The notes under the pieces were generated by a model. It was not told where the DNA came from and did no database searches. It saw only the letters and a program-made list of their open reading frames with translations. The position numbers and the translations under genes were made by a program. A DNA stretch of 54,660 bases, taken from NCBI GenBank assembly GCA_031277225.1, contig JAITMQ010000134.1:1-54660 (forward strand), given 5' to 3'. Below, piece after piece: positions 17,551-24,663 of the stretch. This DNA is from Clostridiales bacterium. Its GTDB lineage: Bacteria; Bacillota; Clostridia; Lachnospirales; WRAX01. Positions within the stretch are counted from its first letter, which is position 1; each line of letters starts with the position of its first letter.

Positions 17551-17640
17551 GGGGGGATTCCCGCTTTCGCGGGAATGACGAGTTTTCGCGGGAATGACGG
17601 GTTCATTCCCGCCGGGGAATTCCGCCGGGGAATTTTTCTT
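17551..17640. repeat. REP/MITE-like palindromic units (cluster 1)
   Basis: GGGGGGATTCCCGCTTTCGCGGGAATGACG, then a partial unit, then ATTCCCGCCGGGGAAT / ATTCCGCCGGGGAAT variants. Confidence 0.85.
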
Positions 17641-17667
17641 GCAGGAAATTTTTTTTTGTGTTATACT
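17639..17667 (+). promoter_or_regulatory. putative promoter of parA-parB
   Basis: TTGCAG, 17 nt, TATACT, about 15 nt before the RBS GAGGTGG. Confidence 0.45.
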
Positions 17668-17685
17668 ATAATTGAGGTGGATTAA

Positions 17686-18447
17686 ATGAGCAGGATTATT
17701 GCTGTTGCGAATCAAAAAGGGGGCGTGGGCAAGACCACCACGGCCATAAATTTGTCGGCCTGCTTGGCGCAGGCGGGCAAGAAGGTTTTGGTGATTGATT
17801 TTGACCCGCAGGCCAACACCACCAGCGGGCTTGGACTGGACAAGCATTCCCTAAAGTCTTCCGTCTATCATCTTTTGCTTGGACATAAGCGTTTTGACCA
17901 GGTTGTCGCGGGGACAATGCTTGACGGCTTGCAAATTTTGCCAACTTGTGTAGAGCTTGCGGGCGCGGAAATTGAACTTATCGACATTCCCGAGCGAGAA
18001 TTCATCCTGCGGCGCATAATGGTGGATGTAAAATATACATATGACTTTATTTTAATAGATTGCCCGCCTTCTTTGAATATTTTGACGGTTAATGCGCTGG
18101 CGGCGGCGGACACGGTCTTGGTTCCCATTCAATGCGAATATTTCGCGCTGGAGGGGCTAAGCCAGCTTTTGCGTACCGTTGACTTGGTTCGCAAACGCCT
18201 AAACAAGCGGCTGAATCTTGAGGGCGTGGTTTTTACGATGTATGACCCGCGAACGAATCTTTCTGCCGAGGTTGTGGCCGAGGTTAAAAAGCACCTGCAG
18301 GAAAATGTTTACAACAGCATTATTCCGCGGAATGTAAGACTTAGCGAGGCGCCCAGCCATGGGCTGCCGATTACTATATACGACGCCAAATCGAAAGGCA
18401 GTGAGGCGTATAGAGCTCTGGCGCAGGAGGTTATTAACAGGAGCTAG
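17686..18447 (+). CDS. soj: chromosome-partitioning ATPase ParA/Soj
   Basis: IIAVANQKGGVGKTTTAINLSACLA...VIDFDPQANTTSGLG, the deviant Walker A. Confidence 0.93.
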   Translation: MSRIIAVANQKGGVGKTTTAINLSACLAQAGKKVLVIDFDPQANTTSGLGLDKHSLKSSVYHLLLGHKRFDQVVAGTMLDGLQILPTCVELAGAEIELIDIPEREFILRRIMVDVKYTYDFILIDCPPSLNILTVNALAAADTVLVPIQCEYFALEGLSQLLRTVDLVRKRLNKRLNLEGVVFTMYDPRTNLSAEVVAEVKKHLQENVYNSIIPRNVRLSEAPSHGLPITIYDAKSKGSEAYRALAQEVINRS

Positions 18448-18484
18448 GGGTCAGAGGTCAGAAATCAGATTAGAGGTGAGGGGT

Positions 18485-19384
18485 TTGAAGAAATTGGGTA
18501 AGGGATTGGGCAAGGGTTTGGACGCGCTTATTACTTATGGGGAAGTGGCGGAGGAGGCCTTGAATCAGGAGATTTTGGAGATTGGGATTGACGCTGTCAG
18601 GCCCAACAAAAATCAGCCGCGCAAGGTTTTTAAAGAGCCGGAAATTGCAGAGCTGGCGGAGTCTATTGTCGAATTTGGCATTGTTCAGCCGCTTATAGTT
18701 CGGCAGGAGGGAAGCAATTCTTACACCATTGTCGCGGGCGAGCGGCGTTGGCGCGCGGCCAAGGTGGCCGAGCTTAAGGTTATTCCCGTAATTGTGCGCA
18801 ATTTTACGGATTTTGAGATGTTGGGCATTGCGCTTATTGAGAATATTCAGCGCGAGGATTTGAATCCCGTTGAGGAGGCCGTGTGCTATAAGCGGCTTAA
18901 CGAAGAATTCGGCATGACGCAGGAGGAAATTGCCAAAAAAATTGGCAAAAGCCGCAGTCATATCTCGAATTGTATTCGGGTTTTAAAGCTGGACGACAGG
19001 GTTTTGGACATGGTGTCGAATGAGAGGCTGTCCATGGGCCATGCCAAGGCCATTTTGGCGACTTCCGACAAAGACGAACAATTTTATTTGGCCGCCGAAA
19101 TTATGGAAGAGGGCATGAATGTGCGCCAGGCCGAGGATTTTGTGCGTAAATATATGGTTACGGCGGATAAAATCGAAGAAGAATTGCAGACCAAGCAAAA
19201 GGAGCAGGCCAAGGCGCTGAAAGAGGCATTTTCGGCCTATCAAAAGAATCTTGAGGCGCTGTTGAGTACGCGTGTGAATATAAAGTCCACAAAATCCGGC
19301 GAGGGTGGCAAAATTGAGATAAATTATTTCACCAAAACCGACCTTGAGCGGATTCTTAGTATCATTGGCAATCGCGCGGAATGA
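18485..19384 (+). CDS. spo0J: chromosome-partitioning protein ParB/Spo0J
   Basis: KKLGKGLGKGLDALI, IVAGERRWRAAK and HTH MTQEEIAKKIGKSRSHISN. TTG 18485 follows GAGGTGAGGGG. The track's longer start overlaps parA. Confidence 0.9.
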   Translation: MKKLGKGLGKGLDALITYGEVAEEALNQEILEIGIDAVRPNKNQPRKVFKEPEIAELAESIVEFGIVQPLIVRQEGSNSYTIVAGERRWRAAKVAELKVIPVIVRNFTDFEMLGIALIENIQREDLNPVEEAVCYKRLNEEFGMTQEEIAKKIGKSRSHISNCIRVLKLDDRVLDMVSNERLSMGHAKAILATSDKDEQFYLAAEIMEEGMNVRQAEDFVRKYMVTADKIEEELQTKQKEQAKALKEAFSAYQKNLEALLSTRVNIKSTKSGEGGKIEINYFTKTDLERILSIIGNRAE

Positions 19385-19387
19385 TGG

Positions 19388-19510
19388 TCGTCATTCCCGC
19401 GAGCAAGCCCGTCATTCCCGCGAAAGCGGGAATCCCCTACCAATGGCGGGGGATTGCGGGTCAAGCGCGGAATGACGGCTAACAGCAAGCCGCCAACCCC
19501 GCCGGAGGTT
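19388..19510. repeat. REP/MITE-like cluster 2 (partial unit, a 69-bp composite at 19410-19478, and a 32-bp tail)
   Basis: CGTCATTCCCGCGAAAGCGGGAATCCCC..GGGGATTGCGGGTCAAGCGCGGAATGACGG, then GCTAACAGCAAGCCGCCAACCCCGCCGGAGGTT. Confidence 0.9.
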
Positions 19511-19515
19511 TCCGA

Positions 19516-19785
19516 TTATTTTTTCAGCTTCTCGTAAACCATGATGCTTGCGATTAGGATTCCGTATATAGCGAAGACTACTATTAGTGTTGGGATGCTT
19601 GTCGACAGCAAGCCCAGCACCGCTTGGAATGTTGTGCCATGCTCAATCATTTGGGTGATGCCATAGCCGAAGGCGACGAGGGCGACGAGCAAATACAGGC
19701 ACACAAGCCCGAACACAAATCTCGCGACCTTGTAGACATTCCCCTCGCTATAGAGAAATTTTTCCAATTTTGTCTTTTCCTTCAT
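19516..19785 (-). CDS. small membrane protein (2 TM helices)
   Basis: 89 aa with two hydrophobic stretches, immediately downstream of the TetR remnant. Confidence 0.55.
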   Translation of the reverse strand: MKEKTKLEKFLYSEGNVYKVARFVFGLVCLYLLVALVAFGYGITQMIEHGTTFQAVLGLLSTSIPTLIVVFAIYGILIASIMVYEKLKK

Positions 19786-19786
19786 A

Positions 19787-20320
19787 CTAATCTCTCCTTT
19801 CCAATAATTTCAACAATAATTCCATTAGATAAACCCTGCTTTCCGCCATGCCGACCTCCTGATTTTTGTAGAAATCCGCATGGATATTTCGGAATGCGCC
19901 CAGCAGAAATACTGCGCTGTAATGGGCATTTGGCAGCGCAAAATCGCCGCTTGCCATGCCTTCTTCAAAAAGCGTTGCAAACATTGGCGTCATTTGGTTA
20001 ATTCCCTCGTCCAAGGCGGCGAGGTAAATTTTTTGTTGCGCCTTGTTGGCATTGGGGCTAAGCACATGGCTAAGGGTTTTTTCTTGCCTTGCGGCCAGCT
20101 CAAAAGTCCAATCAATATAGCGCAATAGTCGCTCTTTTGGGCTTCCTGCGCCGCTCAAAATTTCCTTTGTTGCTTCCAAGGTTTGCAATGCCACGAAAGA
20201 AACGGCCGCCTCGTAAACATCTTCTTTGGACTTGAAATAATTGTAAAAACTGCCCTTCGCAATGCCGGAATTTTTGGCGATGCTCTCAACGGTTACTTTT
20301 TCAAACCCTTCTTTGCCATA
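19787..20320 (-). pseudogene. TetR/AcrR-family regulator lacking its N-terminus and start codon (decapitated by REP insertion)
   Basis: The frame reads ..HYGKEGFEKVTVESIAKNSGIAKGSFYNYFKSKEDVYEAAVSF-VALQTLE.. (TetR HTH helices 2-3 plus the ligand domain). Upstream, the same frame runs into REP sequence and reaches a TAG without any ATG, GTG or TTG. Helix 1 is absent. The track's 135-aa ORF starts at an internal GTG. Confidence 0.7.
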
Positions 20321-20323
20321 ATG

Positions 20324-20520
20324 GGGGGATTCCGCGTCAAGCGCGGAATGACGGAAGCTCTTGCGAGCTTGTTGGCGAAATGCAAGCTAAAGGCACGCGC
20401 ACGCACTACGTCATTCCCGCGAAAGCGGGAATCCCCCACGGGCGGCTACCAACAGCAGGGGATTCCGCGTCAAGCGCGGAATGACGGCTAACAGCAAGCC
20501 GCCAACCCCGCCGGAGGTTC
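20324..20520. repeat. REP/MITE-like cluster 3 (solo unit, spacer, a 79-bp composite at 20409-20487, and a 32-bp tail)
   Basis: GGGGGGATTCCGCGTCAAGCGCGGAATGACGG ... CGTCATTCCCGCGAAAGCGGGAATCCCCCACGGGCGGCTACCAACAGCAGGGGATTCCGCGTCAAGCGCGGAATGACGG, then the same tail as at 19479-19510. Confidence 0.9.
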
Positions 20521-20535
20521 CGCCCAAAAATTTTG

Positions 20536-20564
20536 TTGACAAAAGTGCGCGATTATGTTAAGAT
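20536..20564 (+). promoter_or_regulatory. promoter of the ECF-S/kinase operon
   Basis: TTGACA, 17 nt, TAAGAT. Confidence 0.6.
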
Positions 20565-20574
20565 GAGCTGAAGC

Positions 20575-20619
20575 GATGCCAGAAGGTATCTTGCGCGGCT
20601 GAAGCTGTGCGGGTTTTTT
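20575..20619 (+). terminator. leader hairpin plus intrinsic terminator (attenuator, possible riboswitch expression platform)
   Basis: GAUGCC-AGAA-GGUAUC, then CUUGCGCGGC-UGAA-GCUGUGCGGG followed by U6. It lies between the promoter and the RBS GAGGAGGG. GCUGAAGC occurs twice. Confidence 0.5.
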
Positions 20620-20648
20620 GGTGTCTTTTTATTTTGAGGAGGGATTTT

Positions 20649-21185
20649 ATGACCAGGATTCATATTAGGAATATGGTATTTGCGGCGATGTTTTTGACTA
20701 TTGGGCTTTTGCTGCCCATTCTAACGCCGCCGCCCGTGCTTGCGCCGATGTTTTTGCCAATGCATATACCCGTTTTGCTTTGCGGAATAATTTTGGGAAT
20801 GCGCTATGGCTTCATAGTCGGGGCGATTTTGCCCCTGCTGCGGTCGCTGCTATTTGTTTTTCCCATTTTCCCCGCAATGGCCGCCCCCATGGCCTTTGAA
20901 TTGGCCACATATGGCCTTGTGATTGGCCTGTTATACGCCCGTTTGCCCAAAACCATACCCATGCTTTTTGCTTCGCTGGTTGGCGCAATGCTGGCGGGGC
21001 GCGTGGTTTTTGCGGCGGCGTTTTCAATTATAAACGGCCTGCCCGAAGCGCCGTTTGCGCATTTTGCGACAACTATGTTTGTTACGGGCTGGCCGGGAAT
21101 CGCTATACAATTGGTGCTGGTTCCCGCGATAATTATCGCGCTGAGGAGAATGGGGTGGAGAAGTGCAAAAGAACAGGCTGTATAG
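20649..21185 (+). CDS. ECF-transporter substrate-specific (S) component, substrate unknown
   Basis: FLPMHIPVLLCGIILGMRYGFIVGAILPLLRSLLF..PMAFELATYGLVIGLLY is typical of ECF S components. About 178 aa with 5-6 TM helices. Confidence 0.75.
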   Translation: MTRIHIRNMVFAAMFLTIGLLLPILTPPPVLAPMFLPMHIPVLLCGIILGMRYGFIVGAILPLLRSLLFVFPIFPAMAAPMAFELATYGLVIGLLYARLPKTIPMLFASLVGAMLAGRVVFAAAFSIINGLPEAPFAHFATTMFVTGWPGIAIQLVLVPAIIIALRRMGWRSAKEQAV

Positions 21186-21720
21186 GCTGATTGATTCTGC
21201 CTTAGAAGCGAATGAACGCGTTTTGGTTGCAATTGATGGCGACGCGGCGGCGGGAAAGTCTACTTTGGCGGCGGAGCTTAAGCGCGCCTATGACTGCAAT
21301 GTCATACATATGGACGATTTTTTCCTGCCGCCAAATTTGCGAACGCAGAGCCGCGCGGCCGAGCCGGGCGGCAATGTGGATTACGAACGCTTTAAAAAAG
21401 AGGCCTTAGAGCCTCTTTTGGCGGGTCAAGCTTTTGCGTTTCGGCCGTTTGATTGCGGAATTTGGGATTTTGGCGAAGAAATCGCAATTAGCCCCGGGCG
21501 ACTGACCATTGTCGAGGGCGCATATTCCATGCATCCAACGCTAGTCCACGCTTACGATATTAAAATTTTCGTAAAAATCGACCCCGCCGAGCAAATGCGC
21601 CGCATAGAAGCCCGAAACGGCCCGGAAGCGGCAGAAAAATTCCGGGATATTTGGATTCCGATGGAAAAACGCTATCAGGTGGAATTTTCTATCGAGGCCG
21701 ATTGCGACCTGGTGTTATAG
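21163..21720 (+). CDS. P-loop nucleoside/uridine-kinase-family protein
   Basis: Walker A VAIDGDAAAGKST, HMDDFF, and the layout TIVEGAYSMHP..IKIFV. Overlaps the S-component gene by 23 nt. Confidence 0.65.
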   Translation: MQKNRLYRLIDSALEANERVLVAIDGDAAAGKSTLAAELKRAYDCNVIHMDDFFLPPNLRTQSRAAEPGGNVDYERFKKEALEPLLAGQAFAFRPFDCGIWDFGEEIAISPGRLTIVEGAYSMHPTLVHAYDIKIFVKIDPAEQMRRIEARNGPEAAEKFRDIWIPMEKRYQVEFSIEADCDLVL

Positions 21721-21743
21721 CGGACTGACGGCGGGGGATGGCT

Positions 21744-21822
21744 CGTCATTCCCGCGAAAGCGGGAATCCCCCACGGGCGGCTACAACCATCAGGGGATTC
21801 CGCGTCAAGCGCGGAATGACGG
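21744..21822. repeat. REP/MITE-like composite element (79 bp), cluster 4
   Basis: CGTCATTCCCGCGAAAGCGGGAATCCCCCACGGGCGGCTACAACCATCAGGGGATTCCGCGTCAAGCGCGGAATGACGG. Confidence 0.9.
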
Positions 21823-21905
21823 GCGAAATCTTTGACAAAAATGCGATTTTTTGAGGCTTGAACTTTGGAATTGTCTGCTAAACTCCTTTTAAAGGAGGGA
21901 GGCGG

Positions 21906-23558
21906 ATGATTACGAAAAGATTCCCATTCCTATTGCCGCTTAGAAAGGCGCAGCGCAAGGCGTTTTTCTACGCAGGAATGTGGTTTGATGGGCGAAAATA
22001 TTCCAAAGAGCTCCACGACGAGCGATTGCCGCGATTGGTGGTTTGCGCAGGCGCGCCGCTTTACAACACGCAAACCGGTTTTGATATGGTTTACCAAGAG
22101 AACAAGGTCTTCAACTTAAAGCTGCTGGCCAAAACAATGGACGGGCTTGTGATTAGACCCGGCGAAACCTTCTCATTCTGGCAGGCCGCGCGCCGCGCCG
22201 ACAAATTCACGCCATATCGCGAGGGGCTGGTTCTGCGCGGCGGCGAACTTCGCGTCGGCAAGGGCGGCGGCCTTTGTCAAATGAGCAATTTGCTGCATTA
22301 TGCGCTTTCTCAATCGCCGCTGAATGTGGTGGAGCGGCATAAACACAGCAATAACGCATTGCAGAGCGGGCTGCCGGAGGGCATGGACGCTGCTGTTAGC
22401 GAGGGCTGGCTTGACCTAAAGGCGGAGAATAATACTGACAGAATTTTCCAAATTGGCATTAATTTCTGCGACGAAAAAGTTAGCGTGAGCCTTTTTACGC
22501 AAGCGCCGCGAATCGCCGTAATTTTCGGCGGCCACTCCTCCGAATACGAAATTTCGCTAAAATCAGCCTATAGCGTGCTAACGCATATGAATCGTGAAAA
22601 ATACGAGGCTGTAGCAATCGGAATCACCCGCGAGGGCGAATGGTTTCATTTTCGCGGCCCTTATCAAAAAATTCTTGAGGATAGCTGGCAAAACCCCGAA
22701 GATTGTATTCCTGCGATTATTTCGCCTGACCGCAGAACAAACGGGATTCTAGTCTTTGGCGAGGGCGCAACGCGCAAAATTAGTATTGATGCCGCTATGC
22801 CGATGTTGCACGGAAGAAATGGCGAAGACGGCACGATTCAGGGGCTGCTTGAGCTGGCGGGCATTACGATTATCGGCTGTAATACGCTCTCCTCTGCGCT
22901 TTGCATGGATAAAAGCGTGGCGCATAAGCTCGTTAGCCTTGCCGGTATCAAAGTCCCAAAATCTCTTGTTCTGCAAAATGAGGCAGACTTTTCGGCAGCG
23001 ACAAGTTTCGCGGAAGAAGTCGGCTTCCCCTTATTTGTCAAGCCCGTTAATGGTGGTTCTTCTTTCGGAATAACTCGGGTGGAAACCTGTGAAGAGTTGC
23101 CTAAGGCGATTAAACTGGCATTCGAACACGACAATTCGATAATAATCGAAGAAAATATCGAAGGCTTCGAGGTCGGCTGCGCGATTTTGGGGCGGGACGA
23201 GCTTTTTGTCGGGGAAGTGGATGAAATCGAGCTTTTGGGCGGATTTTTGGGCTGCGACGAAAAAAACACCCTCAGCACAACGACAATACACGCGCCCGCG
23301 CGAATCGCGGCGGACAAAGCCCATGAAATCAAGGAAATTGCGAAGGTGATTTATAGGGCGCTGGGCTGTAGCGGTTTTGCGCGGGTCGATATGTTTTTGA
23401 CGCCTGCAGGCGAGATTGTTTTTAATGAGGTGAACACGATTCCCGGATTTATGCCGCATAGTCGCTATCCGAATATGCTGAAGGCGGCGGGAATGACGCT
23501 TGAAGGGATTGTCGGCGGGATTATTGAAGCGGCTATGCCTCGGAGGAATGCCGGTTGA
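21906..23558 (+). CDS. ddl: fusion protein: VanW domain (aa about 1-200) plus Van-type D-alanine--D-alanine/D-Ala-D-X ligase (aa about 201-550)
   Basis: The N-terminal part RPGETFSFWQ...GKGGGLCQMSNLLHYA...VERHKHS..DAAV is a VanW domain. From RIAVIFGGHSSEYEISL onward: LHGRNGEDGTIQGLLELAG, FVKPVNGGSSFG, ALGCSGFARVDMFL and FNEVNTIPGF, a Ddl ATP-grasp of the VanA/VanG-like clade. It is one uninterrupted ORF with RBS AGGAGGGAGG. Confidence 0.8.
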   Translation: MITKRFPFLLPLRKAQRKAFFYAGMWFDGRKYSKELHDERLPRLVVCAGAPLYNTQTGFDMVYQENKVFNLKLLAKTMDGLVIRPGETFSFWQAARRADKFTPYREGLVLRGGELRVGKGGGLCQMSNLLHYALSQSPLNVVERHKHSNNALQSGLPEGMDAAVSEGWLDLKAENNTDRIFQIGINFCDEKVSVSLFTQAPRIAVIFGGHSSEYEISLKSAYSVLTHMNREKYEAVAIGITREGEWFHFRGPYQKILEDSWQNPEDCIPAIISPDRRTNGILVFGEGATRKISIDAAMPMLHGRNGEDGTIQGLLELAGITIIGCNTLSSALCMDKSVAHKLVSLAGIKVPKSLVLQNEADFSAATSFAEEVGFPLFVKPVNGGSSFGITRVETCEELPKAIKLAFEHDNSIIIEENIEGFEVGCAILGRDELFVGEVDEIELLGGFLGCDEKNTLSTTTIHAPARIAADKAHEIKEIAKVIYRALGCSGFARVDMFLTPAGEIVFNEVNTIPGFMPHSRYPNMLKAAGMTLEGIVGGIIEAAMPRRNAG

Positions 23559-23629
23559 AACCGGCTAAAGATTCCGACTGGAAGTCGGCCTACGGTTTCC
23601 AACCGTTACTTTAGCCGGTTTTAACCGGC
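23551..23629. repeat. multi-hairpin palindromic element / bidirectional terminator between ddl and tsaD
   Basis: A 12-bp outer inverted repeat AACCGGCTAAAG..CTTTAGCCGGTT encloses hairpins TCCGACT-GGA-AGTCGG(A) and ACGGTT-TCC-AACCGT. It is flanked by CCGGTT-GA-AACCGG and GCCGGTT-TT-AACCGGC. Confidence 0.7.
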
Positions 23630-23637
23630 ATTTCATG

Positions 23638-24663
23638 TCAAATCCGCAGCCCGGGGACTGCGTTTAGCGACGAATCCGCAAAATCCCCGGATTTAAAGCG
23701 ATGAAAGCCCGCCGCCGCAATCATGGCGGCATTGTCGGTGCAATACACGGGCTTTGGGATATGCAGGGCAATCCCCGCTTCGGCGCATTTTTCGGCCAAA
23801 AGCGCGCGCAGGCGGCTGTTGCAAGCCACGCCGCCAACCACCGCCAACCTGCCGCAATCCTTTAAATTGCAGGCGCGCAGGGACTTTTCCACCAAAATTT
23901 CAACCACGGCCTCTTGAAATGAGGCGGCGATATTGGCGGGGCTGATGTCCTCGCCCTTCATTTTGGCGGAATTCAAAAAATTCAAAACGGCGGATTTAAG
24001 TCCGGAAAAGCTAAAATTCAAACTATCGCCAAGTCGCGAGCGCGGAAAATTTATAGATTTGGCGCAACCCGCTTTTGCCAAACGGTCAATTTCCACCCCA
24101 CCGGGATAGGGCAAATTAAGGCTTCGCGCCACTTTATCAAAGGCCTCGCCGGCCGCGTCGTCTACTGTCTTGCCGAGGATTTCAAATTCCGTAAAATCCT
24201 TCACATAAACGAGGTGGCTATGCCCGCCGGAGGCGATTAGGGTCATAAAAGGCGGGCTAAAGCCCGCATTTTCAAGGTAAACCGAGGCAATATGCCCTTC
24301 GAGATGGTTTACGCCAATAAGCGGCAAATTCGCGCCAAAAGCCAGGCCTTTTGCGAAATTTACGCCAACGAGCAGAGCGCCGACAAGTCCCGGGCCGTGG
24401 GTTACCGCCACGGCGGAAATATCGGCAAGGCCGATGCCCGCTTCATCCAGCGCCATTTGCACCACACGGTCAATTTTGCCGACATGATTGCGCGCCGCAA
24501 TTTCCGGCACAACCCCGCCAAAAACCCTATGCACATCAATTTGCGAAAAAATCACATTCGACAGCACGAAACAGCCGTCCGCAACAATAGCGGCGGCGGT
24601 TTCATCGCAGGATGTTTCAATTCCCAAAATCCTAATATCTCCCGTAAAATCATCTCCCTCCAC
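23638..24663 (-). CDS. tsaD: tRNA N6-adenosine threonylcarbamoyltransferase
   Basis: ILGIETSCDETAAAIV, VNHLEGHI and the overall Kae1/TsaD layout. Confidence 0.93.
   Translation of the reverse strand: MEGDDFTGDIRILGIETSCDETAAAIVADGCFVLSNVIFSQIDVHRVFGGVVPEIAARNHVGKIDRVVQMALDEAGIGLADISAVAVTHGPGLVGALLVGVNFAKGLAFGANLPLIGVNHLEGHIASVYLENAGFSPPFMTLIASGGHSHLVYVKDFTEFEILGKTVDDAAGEAFDKVARSLNLPYPGGVEIDRLAKAGCAKSINFPRSRLGDSLNFSFSGLKSAVLNFLNSAKMKGEDISPANIAASFQEAVVEILVEKSLRACNLKDCGRLAVVGGVACNSRLRALLAEKCAEAGIALHIPKPVYCTDNAAMIAAAGFHRFKSGDFADSSLNAVPGLRI

Noticed and set aside
17255-17578. 107-aa plus-strand ORF, and the 61-aa ORF at 16976-17161, across the sRNA/peptide locus.
   Set aside because: Neither has an RBS. 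They run through promoters, terminator hairpins and REP sequence. The opposite strand carries the RBS-preceded peptide ORF, whose paralog shows synonymous-type divergence.
17551-19510. parA-parB flanked by repeats could mark oriC.
   Set aside because: I found no cluster of DnaA boxes (TTATCCACA or its complement), no dnaA, dnaN, rsmG or noc, and no AT-rich unwinding element. The flanking repeats belong to the REP family seen elsewhere.
19787-20194. The track's 135-aa ORF could be an intact small protein.
   Set aside because: The same frame continues upstream through a bona fide TetR HTH without a start codon. The 135-aa version begins at an internal GTG and would lack the DNA-binding domain. 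It is better described as part of a pseudogene.
19388-20520. Possibility that the clustered palindromic repeats are a CRISPR array.
   Set aside because: Units differ in sequence and orientation, spacers are irregular (20-60 nt) and partly repeated themselves, copies are scattered over 30 kb, and no cas genes are present.
23551-23629. The cloverleaf-like fold could be a tRNA or tmRNA-like gene.
   Set aside because: It has no GTTCRANYC T-loop, no D-loop consensus and no anticodon-loop geometry. The acceptor-like stem is 12 bp. It fits a palindromic terminator or repeat better.
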